A stretch of 64,000 nucleotides of DNA from Vicugna vicugna (lineage: Eukaryota). Shown piece after piece: positions 52,421-64,000 of the stretch (its first letter is position 1; the number at the start of each line of letters is the position of its first letter). The stretch covers positions 1 to 64,000 of the forward strand of contig MU058018.1 of assembly GCA_013265495.1 (NCBI GenBank), given 5' to 3'. Under the pieces are notes generated by a model. That model was not told the origin of the DNA. It saw only the letters and a program-made list of their open reading frames with translations, and did no database searches. A program made the translations under genes and the position numbers.

Positions 52421-52990
52421 ACCTGGGGTAAATTTACTCCCTAGAAAAGACTGGGCAATGTCTGGAGACACTTTTAGTTTCTAAAACTGGAGACATGCTG
52501 CTGTCATCTAATGGGTAGAGGCCAGGGATGCTATTAAACTTCTTTTCTTTTAAACTTAGCCAATTTATTAAATGTTATTCCATTCTCATTTTTTATAATT
52601 TTTTAATTGATGTATAGACATTTACAGTGTGTCAGTTTCTGGTGTGCAGCATGAAGTCCCAGTCATGCAAATGCATAATATATTCATTTTCATATTCTTT
52701 TTCATTAAAGGCTATTACAAGATATTGCATATAGTTCCCTGTGCTATACAGAAGAAATTTGTTTTTTAATCTATTTTTATATATAGTAGTTAATATGTGC
52801 AAATCTCAGACTCCCAAATTTATGCCTTGCCACCTCCTTCCCCCAGTAACCATACAATTGTTTACTATGTCTGCGAGTCTGTTTCTGTTTTGTAGATGTA
52901 TTAAACTTCTTATAATGCAAAGACAGCACCCCCATCTCAATGAGAATTATCCAGCCCATAATGTCAAGAGTGTCACAGCTGAGAAATTCA
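52420..52990. mobile_element. MER20 hAT MITE interrupted by an L1
   Basis: ggcaatgtctggagacactttt...catctaatgggtagaggccagggatgct | ...gaattatccagcccataatgtcaagagtg...gctgagaaa. Confidence 0.88.
52545..52898 (-). mobile_element. 5'-truncated camelid/cetartiodactyl L1 3' end with 13-bp TSD
   Basis: TSD tattaaacttctt at 52532-52544 and 52899-52911; 3' UTR motifs gtgtgtcagtttctggtgtgcagca and atatagttccctgtgctatacag. Confidence 0.92.
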
Positions 52991-53099
52991 GAGTTGAGGG
53001 AACAGCATGTGCACAAGCTTGAATGTGGAAGATGCACAGCAGTTTGAAAGAATAATTAATTGTCCAGGATGAGTAATGCACAGCTGACATTTTAGAAAA

Positions 53100-53493
53100 C
53101 ATCTTAGTCAGCTTGGGCTGCTGTAACAAAATACTGTAGACTGGGTGGCTTAAATAATAGACATTTAATTCTCATGGTTCTAGAAGTTAGGAGGTCCAAG
53201 ATCAAGGTGCTGGCAGATTTGGTTCCTAGTCAGAATCCACCTTCTGGCTTGCAGATGGCTGCCATCTTGCCATGTGCTCACGTGACCTCTCTTTTGTGTG
53301 CATAGACTGAGAGTTTTCTCTCTCTTGCTTTTTTTTTAATGGGAACACTAATCCCATTAGGGATGCTCCACCCTCAAGACCTCATCTAAACCTAATTATC
53401 TCCAAAGGCCCCATCTCTTAATAACATCACATTGGCAATTAGGGAATCAACCTATGAATTGGAGCAGGGGACACAAATGTTCAGTTCATAATA
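53100..53493 (-). mobile_element. MaLR LTR (MLT1A-like)
   Basis: tcttagtcagcttgggctgctgtaacaaaatac...gtccaagatcaaggtgctggcagatttgg...gacctcatctaaacctaattatctccaaaggcccc...gttcagttcataata. Confidence 0.92.
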
Positions 53494-53989
53494 GAAGGGG
53501 ACATCTCAGCCAGCAATTCTTTTTTAAATGTAAAGTCAGCTTAGGTGGTTTAAGTGCAATGCTAGCAAGGTTAGGCCTTATTTATGTAATTAATTGACAT
53601 TTGTAGTTTTTTGTTTGTTTGTTTGTTTTGCAGGGTGGGGGGCTTGTTTGGAGTGGCTGTCCAGCATCCAACCTCCCCCCGGATTTAGGGCATCCCCAGC
53701 CCATGTGGTGTCTATGTGATGCAGAACCTCTTCCCACTCGGTGGGAGCCAAAGTCCCCTGTCTTGTCTCCTGATGACAGTGTCTGCAGCAGAAGCAGCAG
53801 CATCCTGGCCAGACACTTCCTGCTAAACTACAGTTATTGTACTTCCAGGAAAGCCCTCCCAACTGGCCTTTCCCCACACACATTTTTCAAACTTGGTTCA
53901 CCAGCCTCCCATTATTAAGTCTGTCATTATGTTCCATTTTTGTTGCTAGAAAATGGGAATTGTTTTCTGAGCCTGCAGTCACAAGCCCT

Positions 53990-54450
53990 GACTGATGCAG
54001 TAGGTCCCTCTCTCAGGCTTTCCTCTAAGGGAAGGTATGCCATCGTCTCCCTGCACTGAGATGTTCACTTTGACCAGCCTGCAGTGTGGCTGAAAAAAGG
54101 GTAGGACTAGAGATAGTAAGAAGAAATGGATTATAGTTGATCTGACAAGGTATAAATTATGAGCTTGAACAGGGAAAGAAAAGGAAGAAAACACAATGTG
54201 ACTGTGGAGATATAATTAGTAAATTGATACGACTTCGCGATTGCAAGTGTGAAGGGAAAGAGTGAAAAGAAGAGCAGAATTGGTCTGTGACTCTTGAGAT
54301 AGTAATCTGAGCAGAATGTTAATTCTTCTCCTGGAGAACAATATTGTGAGCCAGAGTCTGAGACACATGATAGTGTTTCAATATCAAAAGCGAGAACTTG
54401 AGGAAGAATAATTAGATCCCTTCTGGAAATGCTGTATTTGAAATACCAGC
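53990..54450 (-). mobile_element. L2 ORF2 remnant
   Basis: ggagatataattagtaaattgatacgacttcgcgattg resembles the reverse of the L2 caccaagtcctgtcgattctacctc region; explains ORF 54131-54457. Confidence 0.5.
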
Positions 54451-55479
54451 AAAACATTTCTTAATATGATTGCTACTTGATTTGGGCTTACACTTTGTAT
54501 AATGTTAATTACTGGTCCACAGATACTACTAACCCATAGCATGGGGCCTTCCACAGTGATGATATAAAGTATTGGCTTTCACCTATTACAGCGTTAGAGC
54601 ATTTAAAGTAAGTATATCAAAAGTTGTGAATATGTATGGAGACAGCTAAATAAAATAATCCTAAGCAAAGTTTGCCTAAATTTTACATTATTATAAATAT
54701 TCTATAATCATAAATGGTAGATGAAGATATAGTATACTTCGAAATGCTCATAAAGTATAATGCAAACTATAATATATATAACCATTGAAGTAAAACAGAT
54801 AAAAAACTATTTTTCACTATTTTTAAATCCATGGCTTACTTCTTTAAAAAAAACACACTTTTGCTTGCTTATAATAAGATGCAAAGTTGATTCATTCAAG
54901 CTAAACCTCTGCTTTTTATTGTAGTTCCTTCTCATACACACATCTCCTACCCAATGATGAGTACATTATTTTAATAAACATCAAGGTAACTAGAAAGTGA
55001 TTCAACCAAAATAAGATGTGTGCCAAAATAAATGAGAATCATAGTAGTAATGTCACCACCCCAGAGGGAAATCAAAACAGTTCATCTGATTCAGGCAAGA
55101 TCACTGTCATAAAAAATTTGATAATAATTTCTGAAAAGTTGTTCTTTTTGTATTGCTTAGGCTCTCATTTCCAAGAGATATCAGTAGTTCCAAAATGTAT
55201 AATCAAGAAAAATATCTTTTTCTGATTACATAAATTTGACAATGGATCTCATTGCTTCACTTGTCTTTGCCTTATTTAATGAAATGGACCTATATTTACC
55301 AGTTGTCCCCCAGAACTTGGGATTTTAACTTCAAACCTTGCTGAAACCCTATAAGGTCTTTAGGTCTCTAAAATGAGGATGTGTGATGAGGGCAGTGATC
55401 ACAGCAGGTTCTCTGCTTACCCCTAGTTGGTTAGAATGAGCTTAGTAAACTTAATAACACAACAGAAAATGGCTGTTGT

Positions 55480-55905
55480 CAAGAGCATCGTGGCAGATCC
55501 TGGTTGAGACTCAGTCTTCCTATTTTCTCTTATTGAGAATGCCAGAAGAGTATTTCACATCTCTTGACATTAACTTAGAGATTCACGTAATTCATTTTGG
55601 CCCATGAAATGTGACTGGAAGTGATATTTGCTTCTTCCTGCCTCCCGAAGATTCTCCTAGATAAAATCTCTTAGATTCAACCAGTGTGTTCCTGCACCTT
55701 TGCCCTGAAGATGGATGCAAAAGACCCAGATGTGACAGAGTCACAAGATGAAAAGAGCTAGAATCCCTCAGTCACAAGCTTGGAGGAAAACCTTGCCCAG
55801 GAGAAACACTCAGTTACGTCTGAATGTGATGTGAATGTGTGTGTTGTGGGGGGTGGGGGTGTTCGGAGTATTTGCTATAGCAACTAGCATTAATCACCTG
55901 GTCTC
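55480..55905 (+). mobile_element. Old MaLR LTR (MLT1J-like)
   Basis: ttttggcccatgaaatgtgactggaagtga...cagagtcacaagatgaaaagagctagaatccctcagtcac...tatttgctatagcaactagc. Confidence 0.65.
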
Positions 55906-58900
55906 TTACTATGCTGATATCTTTTATACCTGCCTCCCCAAGGTGGTTTAGCAATGTTAAGAACCATGGTTCATCTTCCTCCAAAGTCCTTCAAAACAGA
56001 TAAAGACTGAGCATTTACATATATTGCAGCCCCCAGCTGTTCTGTCTTTACAACTAAACAGCCAAAGCCAAACATACTTGTATCACCCAACAGGCCATTC
56101 CTGTAGCTACGGTGTGTTTCTAAATTTACAAAATCTCCACTCATGAATGACACAGAAATTTCTTTTTTCTCACTTTATGAATCTTCTACTTCATCTGCAG
56201 TCTGAGCAAGAGAGAAATTTTGAGAGTCATAACCATGGAGAAGTGTTTCCCCTGGGAATAAGGAGAGGAGGAGAAAGATTTAATGAAACTCTGTTAAAAT
56301 ATGCTAACCATTGTCCTCAGAGGGGAAAAGAGACTAGAGCTACCCTGAGTGTTTCTTAACCTAAGCCCACAATGCAACTAAAATTGTTCCTCCACTGGGT
56401 CTACTCACTACATCTTGATGTTAAAGTAGGAGCCTTGGCTCCCATTTGAATGTCTGTTTAGAGAAGAAAATGTAATCACAACTGTGAAGTTAGTTAGAGT
56501 CAAACAAATTGAAAATATGGGCTTTAAACATCCATCATACAGCATATTAAAACAGCTAGGATTATTTAGTTAACATTTGACACTCGTGCTTAGCTTTTAT
56601 AATCAAGGAGCTATTTTTCCAACTGAAATGATAAAATCGAAAACAAAAAACAAGGGAGATTTTTCAAGAGCAGAACATATTAATCAAATGGCTCAAAAAT
56701 ATTCCTTTTAAAAATTCCAGATCCAAATTATATCAGGGATTGACATACTTCTGTAGAATCTCCATGATAGTAACCCAGATAGCATAAGTAAATCACTCAG
56801 CCAAGTAACAGGTACATATTATATAGGAAGGGACCAATAAAAATTATTTAGAAATGTGATTTGTTTGAATGTACATTATTGTTTGTTTTGATTTTTAATA
56901 TAGGGACTGCCTCTGGCTTAGCTAACAACATGGATTTCTAGAAGGTATAATTACCTTTGAAGCTAAACTTCCTCCACTTTGGGAAAGACACCAAAAAGGG
57001 CCTTTCAGTGACATATATAAGACATATATAAGAATAATAATATCCCTATTATTCAGGGATAAAACTTGAAGTCCTCTTAATTGGAATGGAGATATTAATG
57101 GATTTGTATGGTTACATAAATTGAGTTTATCTATAGTCAGACTACAGCCTTACAAATGAAATCCTTTTCTGAAATAAATGAATAACCGAATTAGAACATT
57201 GGTGGCTTCTAAAATAGGTCATTTGAAAGAAACAGCAGTGGTTTGAAGGAAATTTGCTGTGCACTACTGGTTTATCTTATTCATTGAATGAATTTCTCTG
57301 TGAAAGGATAAAACCACACTAAACATTGAAAAGGCAACAAATTTATCAGCAAAATATGTAGCATGATTTTAAATCCCTCCTGATAATGGGGTACAGAGAC
57401 GTGGTCAGTAAATATTGATCCAAATTTCTTAGTCTGCCAGGTCTTGATAAAAAGAGGATGTGGCAATGGACTCGACTTCAGACTAGCAATAGTTTCCAAT
57501 GATGGTAACTAGGATTGATTGAGCCTTGCTCAAAACTAACTCTAGTGGGCTTTGGAGAATATCTCAGGAAGAGAAGCTGAGGGGTAGAACAAGAGTTCCT
57601 CAGTTCATGGGATGCAGTCTCGAAGCCATAGTGATGTGCCTCTAAAAAGTCATACTACCTTATATTGAACCTGAAGTTGGTGAAAACAGACATGTTGGTT
57701 ACCTGGTTTCTCCAACCTCTTAAATTGCAGCAACGTATGGTCATGAACCCTTTCCCTGACGCTGATTGCAGGTTTTCTTTATCCCGACCTTCATCCTGCC
57801 TTGCCTGCAGGAGGGAAAGAAATGTGAGGCTTGAGTGTTATTTTTAAGGCTTACTTGAACAAACATGGTATTTTCTTCCTTCAAAATGGCACCCTAAAGT
57901 ACCTTCTAAACTGGGCCTGACACTTAGGCAATCTCTCAGAAGTTCACCAGGGCTATTATAAAGGAATTCTGCTTTATCATAAGGAGATATTTTTGCCGGA
58001 GGGAGGCAGTCTGGCCACTTAGCTTCAAAGCCAACTTACTTCCACTCCACTAGCTCTAATTCTCAGTATATTGTAGCCTCTAGCAAAATAGCTTTAGCAA
58101 GAAATAAGGAAATGCAATGAAGACCAAAATCATCAAGGGTGATGAAAATAGCCTTTTGAGCTATCATTTACTTTTCCCGCAGACTGAAAATATAAACTTT
58201 ATCAGGTTGTTCTCAAATCAGTTCACACTCAGCTAGTTAATGGCATGAAAAAGACGTGCTGAAGTTCATCTCGACAAAACACTGTAGTTTATTATTTCAT
58301 GGATATTTTTCAGCTTCAGAATTTAATATATAGAGTGAGCAAGTTGACAACCCAAGACTCATTTGTTGTCATAAACAAAACTGGAGTGTGTTTTCTCCAG
58401 AATCTTGTCACATCATTAATGTAGAGTATGATACAGGAAAGATGCATTATTGTTTAAAATAATGTCATTGCAGGATTGACTCTTAGACCAACAATGAGGG
58501 AAAGAATTAGCACTGTTTCCCATCTTTCCTTAAACAGAAGGGAAGGAGGCATGGGAGTGTAGTTGAGTCACTGGAAGATGTTAAGCAGGGGACACATGTC
58601 AGTCTTTCTTTCTGTTCTATACAACGATGAACACTGTCCGTGATTTGTGTGTGTCACTTTTTCCCCACTTTTTTTTTAAATTACTTAACTCAAACATTCT
58701 ATAAATTCAGATAGAAGAAATCAGTAGTAGGGTAGACCAGCACAGAAAACAGTCCTCAAGTATGGGAGGTCACATGGCACTGAGCTCCTTCTATTTAAAC
58801 AGCTTTACCTTATCTATCAAGTCTGGCTAAACTGTCAGACTAAAATTTTTTTCTTTGTTTGAAAAGGCAAACATTGTTATTCAAGTCCGCTTTTAGGAGA

Positions 58901-59371
58901 AACAAATGTAGTGGGAGGAAGAAAAAGAATTACCAAGGAGAAGTGCAGAAATAAAATTTCCTATTTTAGGCAGTTAGATAATAAATTGCTCGAGCACGGA
59001 AGTGTGGAATACTTTAGATCAACTGGAGAATTGTGGTTATTAAAATGATCTGTCAATAGAAACAAAGCAAAGTTTAGGTGATGAATAGCCAGCAGCTGCA
59101 CCTTTCCTGCACAGTCAGGAATTTCTAATGAGGTTTATGTATGGTTTTTCTTCTCTTTTTTCTTTTTTGTAAATAAACAGGGAGGCCTAGAAACATCTTC
59201 AAGACTACACAGTGGGTTATAGTCTGTGTTTTAAATATTGTAGAATATTTATGTTTCATAATAAAATTTTGGGGTGCTAAAGCAATACATCCCTTCTGCT
59301 CATACTGTCTTCAGAGCAACCCTAAACAGTCCATGAAAGCTCACCTAAGGAAATGTACATCAAACATAAAT

Positions 59372-59590
59372 TCTCATATAAACTAGTATATATAAAATAG
59401 ATAAACAAGTTTATAATGTATAGCACAAGGAACTATATTCATTATCTTATAGTAACTTACGATAAAAAAGAATATGAAAACAAATATATGTATGTTCCTG
59501 TATGAAGCATTATACTGTACACCAGAAGCTGACACACTGTAAACTGACTATACTTCAATAATACATATATACAAAAAAACCCCCAAACCC
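59372..59590 (+). mobile_element. Short camelid-type L1 3' end
   Basis: aaactagtatatataaaatagataaacaag...gtatagcacaaggaactatattc...tacaccagaagctgacacactgtaaactgactatacttcaat; cataaat on both flanks. Confidence 0.88.
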
Positions 59591-61129
59591 ATAAATGCCC
59601 ATGTGTCAAGAGTAGAATAGTTCAGATAATGATTACAAGCTCCGAATTTTCTTTTAGAGAAGAAAACAAATTAGAAAATCTATTCATATAATGTCAGATC
59701 TTTTAAAATATATTTATCACAATTAAGATTAAACATTCAAATAAAAGAGTAAGTGTCTGACTCCCATCTGTTATTACCTAAAAGATCACCTAATCTCAAG
59801 TCTCTATAATTCTAGAGTAAAAAGATAAATAAATTAGTGAACTTTGGCTTTAGTTATGTCCTTGACTCCCTAGCCCTCAGTCTTTCTGAACTTTGTAGCT
59901 AGGGCCATTTAACTTCATGCATTAGCTCCTCTCAAGGTTCTGGACCAAAATCTGAGTCTAGTCATGTTTGCCACATGCCCATATCATGGAAAAAGTAAAT
60001 CTTATTTGTCCAGCCATGTTTGTTCTAAAAACTGGTCTTTTTTTTTTTTTATTAAAGTCCACTGCACAAAGAAGACGAGGAACACAAAGGTAGTGAAACA
60101 AGGTGAAATCTATTATTTTTCTGAAGCAAAAGAGAACACTTAGCAGAGCTACTGTGGGGGCAACTTGGAAAAGGGGATGGAAGAAGAGGACCTCTTCTAG
60201 GGTTTTGGTTGTACTGGTTGATTCTAAGTAGGGACATGGAAATAGGGGTCCAGTTTGAGATGAATGCATTCAAGAATTAGTTATTTCAGTGATTTTGTCC
60301 AAGAAGTGGGAGAAATGCAACATAACTGGGGATGTCACTGGTGAGAAAGTAATGAGCACACTGAAGAACTCATCTTTGGCAATTTCGCAGCTGTGGTGTG
60401 GCCATGAGTATGATTCTGTAGAAGCACTGTTCTTTGTAGGCATTGTCCCTAATTCATTGGAAAATGGCTGATATTCCTTGAGTAACAGCACAGTCTTATC
60501 ATCAGCAGGACTGATTTTTACTTTCACATCTTGTTCCTGCTCTAGAAAAGTCCCAGCTGCAAACCTCAGGTTCTTATTTTATTCACTGGATCGCACTATC
60601 CTACTTGGTTTGGTTTTTGGTTCAATTGCATTGTTCTTCTGTTTCATTTCTAAAGACCAGATCCCTGCCTCCAAATACCATTTGGCTGGGAGCACAATAG
60701 TTATGAATGTATCATGCTAATGGCTTTATGGGACTCTGCTGCCAAACTCTGTCACCTGCCGAGTCATCAGCCTGTTTTAACTGCAGGATGTCTTGGTTGC
60801 CTAAACTCCCTCTATTGCCTGCTTCAGGAACTTTCCCTGATTTCCTGCCTCATCATTTTTGTTCTGCTCCGTCTCTCTTGCCCAACCACCAACTTGAGTC
60901 CAGCAGAGAAGAATAAACACAGAAACAAAAAGTTTAAAAAAATTGGTTCAAAATACAAATGTTTCCAAATATTTAGGTGTCTGGCAATGGACAATTCACA
61001 CTATGGGTAACACCAGTGAATATTTCATAATTATTATTACTTGCTTTAAAAAATTAGAACAAAACACATTAAATTAACCAGAAATAATCAGTGGTGAAAG
61101 AGGATGTGTTTCTTTGTTTCAAAACGAAG

Positions 61130-61290
61130 CCAAGACAGCTTGGGTTTGAGCCTCCCTGTGCTGGTAGCAGTGTGATACTGGAAACAGTTATTTAACCTGT
61201 TGGTGCCTAGAGTTCCTTCCTCTGTAAAAACAGATACGGTAATAGTCTTACCTCATAAGATTGTTGATATATAAAATACATACATAGCAA
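61130..61290 (+). mobile_element. MIR fragment
   Basis: gttatttaacctgttggtgcctagagttccttcctctgtaaaa...gtaatagtcttacctcataagattgttg. Confidence 0.7.
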
Positions 61291-61839
61291 GTCATACCTT
61301 ATAATTATTTTTTTTAATGGAAGCCATGTCTTCAGATGGTGGCATTGGAAGAAAAATAATAATTAAGAACAGCTATAAAATGATTGTTAGGAATCTTTCT
61401 GGAAAGCATGACTTAAAAGTTTTATTCTTAACATTTACATGTTTGTTTTTTTTTTAGTTTAATGCTATTGAACAGGAATATGTATGATGACAGGAATGGG
61501 AATAATTCAGTAACGTCGTTTCTGAGATAACATACCTAAGGTCTGCTGATCTGAGTAACAGGGGTGTTGCAGTGCTAATACCATCCTTAAGTGCCGTTGT
61601 TAGTTATGCCATTGTTTAAATCACTTAGGATTTTGTAGTTTACACGTGCTGGGAGGCCTTAAAACTGAGTGCACATTATAAATCAAAGGAATAATAATAA
61701 TAGCCCTAGACATTATCAGCAAATAACATATGACTACTAAATTATTGCAGTGACTTTTCAAGTAATATTTAAATATTTATTATTTTGCTCTCCTTTTTAA
61801 ACATTTGTTTTAACCCAGTATTTCAAATCATTCACTCTG

Positions 61840-62210
61840 GCTTAATGCAGTCAATAAAAATATTGCAGAATATTACCATCCAACGGAGGAGTGATTTAAA
61901 GGAGATCACTTCTATCAGCCTGACTATTTTTCAGTCCAAATATTGCACTGGGTACAAACACGTAAAACATCACTTTCTCAGATGACTATGGTGACAGTTT
62001 CCTGAGCCCCGCTCAGCAAGTCCTCAGCATGATTGAACCCCTTCATCATCACCTTAAATTTGTTTACACAATTTCATTTTCTTATCAGCCAATTCAACAC
62101 AGTCCCTCAGCCTCAGAACAGAAGCTTCTATTGTACTCTCTACCTTTATCGACCTCCAGCAAGCATCCTCCACCGAAACATTCTTGAAAATTAACTTTAA
62201 ATCTTTGCCT
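61840..62210 (+). mobile_element. Very old L2-clade LINE RT C-terminal relic
   Basis: Ordered, frameshifted peptide motifs ILQN (~61860), LHWV (61943-61954), LYSLP (62131-62145) and DLQQASSTETFLK (from 62151). Confidence 0.5.
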
Positions 62211-63416
62211 AAGGGGATTTTTTTTTCCGCCTTCCAATTTTCCACTTCTGTGGTCTTCTCTGTGCTTCAACATATTCAGAAATGTGTGCAGTTGATAGGA
62301 ACACATTTGGAAAGGCGCTGCCAAGAAGCACCCCTCTCCTCTGCTGTTTCCAGGTGGCCACTCCGGTTTCATGCGGTGTGTGGTCTGTCCTGGTGGTGTC
62401 TGCCTAACGAGGCAATGGCAGCTCGCTAATGTTTTAGATATTTTAGTGGAATCCAACATCTAGTCCGTCCTTTTTTTTTTTTTTTTTAACTCGGAGACAG
62501 ATTGCCAGGGAAATGAAATTTAAATAACAGTCACAAAAACTCTCCAACGTAGATGACATAAAAGGCACTTGCTAAAGTAAATCATATCTTGGCAACTTAA
62601 TGTCTTGCAGTAATGAGAAAATTTGAAGTCATTCCTGGGAACAATAGATCATACAGCTCCATCCTTAACAGGAGCTTAAGATAAAATGGAAAAAAATGCA
62701 ATAGCCATTAATATAGGAAACAGCTATGAAAATAAAACTTGCAAGAGGATACACTAAATCAAAGATTTAAGTAACTTAAAAATAGTGCTGCTAAAAAACG
62801 GGAAGCAATTTTAGGCAGAGCAAAAAGCGTTTCAAATTACAGGTTAGCAGTCTCGAAACCCAACATCGTCCCAGGCAACGCCTCACGGCACTTGGTGCGC
62901 ACGGTCACTATGATATGTGCAGCTGAGCCGTAGGGAGAGAATTTGCAGAATTCTTCCTCTAGTGAGCATCGCCCTATATGAATTATAGGTAGTTCAGTTT
63001 ATTCATCACTGGTAGATTTGGAAAAGTGTTGATCGCATCTAGATAATTGATTTTATCACTTTATGAGGAGTGACTAGATTCAAAGACCTATTTATACGTA
63101 ACGAACTCAAAAGGGACTAAGTATTACAATTCAACACCAATATATTCATTGTACCCAGGCACATACAAGAGAGCAATAATTTTCCTTTTTTTTCCCTCGT
63201 ATTACCAATGTGGAAGCTGTTCATGTAGAAAGACTTGGAGAATTCAGATAACTTGAAAATGGAAAATAAAATTCAACCACAGGTACACTCTTTTTTTCCA
63301 TTGGCCTACAAAAGAAAAGTCTAAACTCCCTGGCAGGATATAAAATAGCCTTTTGACATTTAACTTCTGGTTCCTGATCCAATCACCTAGCCAAACACAA
63401 CCTTTCTCTCACTAAT

Positions 63417-64000
63417 TGTTACTGAACCAAACTTGGGTCCGCTTTCCTGTGCGCAGTGAAGTCAGCCTGCTGACACCGGCTTGTGATGAAGGAAAGTGCA
63501 GTGTTTATTGCAGGTGCCAGGCAAGGAGTCTAGGCAGCTAGTGCTCAAAAAGCCCAAACTCCTTGATGGCTTCTAGGGAAAGGTTTTTAAAGACAGGGTG
63601 AGAGGAAGTAGAAGGGTGTGCAATCAGCTCATGGGCCTTCTTCTGACTGGCTGTTGGTGAGGTAATCCGGAGTCAACAGCATCAACCTTCTGGTTCCAAC
63701 CAGTCTGGGGTCCAGGGCTTGTGGGCAGAATACAGTTAGCTCCTTCCTCCTAGTGGGGGTTTCATTATCTGCAAAACAGCTCAAAGGATATGGCTCAGAA
63801 TATTACCTATAGCCCTTGAGAAGGAACTAAACGTCCCTGACTTTGTTTAGTGGCTACACTGCTTTCTTTTGTTTGGCTTGACTATTTTCCTTTGTTTCTG
63901 CATTTTCTCACTTCTCTGATTAAATGTATTCTTTGGAACTTGGGGAAGGCCTAGGAGTTTTTCTACAAACAAAAGGCAGGTGGAGGACACGGAGGGGTCT
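63417..64000 (-). mobile_element. ERV1-class LTR (LTR39-like), truncated by the window edge
   Basis: Begins TGTTACTGAACC; minus-strand AATAAA at 63504-63509; motifs gaaggaaagtgcagtgtttattgcagg and catcaaccttctggttccaaccagtctgggg. Confidence 0.85.

Noticed and set aside
53600..53918. Strong-looking acceptor followed by a 99-aa ORF
   Set aside because: The pyrimidine tract is a (TTTG)n microsatellite, the peptide is unrecognisable, and there is no good donor.
62054..62245. Minus-strand ORF containing LIFKNVSVEDAC, which resembles an Ig-domain strand
   Set aside because: It lacks the Y-x-C motif and splice sites, and is better explained as the antisense of the L2-clade relic.
1..64000. Identity of a host gene, or a novel multi-gene system
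   Set aside because: I see no recognisable coding exons or chain of compatible exons, and TE orientation shows no clear strand bias; naming a gene or system would be unsupported.

Overview
This is AT-rich, CpG-poor mammalian nuclear DNA, not a prokaryotic or viral region. A tRNA-derived SINE at 34.3 kb matches the camelid Vic-1 type, and several L1 3' ends are of the cetartiodactyl type, so the source is most likely a camel, alpaca or llama. I recognise no intact protein-coding exon, RNA gene or CRISPR array. The supplied ORFs are chance ORFs, repeat translations or decayed LINE remnants, so the window looks like a long intron or intergenic DNA. It is a layered mosaic of old repeats (MIR, L2, MaLR/MLT1, hAT and Tigger MITEs, L1M), younger insertions that keep their target-site duplications (TSDs), and simple repeats. 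The most unusual structures I can read directly are: (i) an L2-like 222-bp segment flanked by 9-bp direct repeats inside a younger MaLR element that also carries an internal inversion; (ii) a ~1.9-kb L1 that keeps both ends but lacks most of ORF1 and ORF2; (iii) a 5'-half-only L1 with an apparent TSD; (iv) a candidate L1 3' transduction; (v) a very old L2-clade RT relic; and (vi) a stop-poor minus-strand segment at 60-61 kb that may be a decayed exon. I found no convincing evidence of a new biological system. Repeat family names come from recalled consensus sequences, not a database search, and boundaries of old repeats are approximate.
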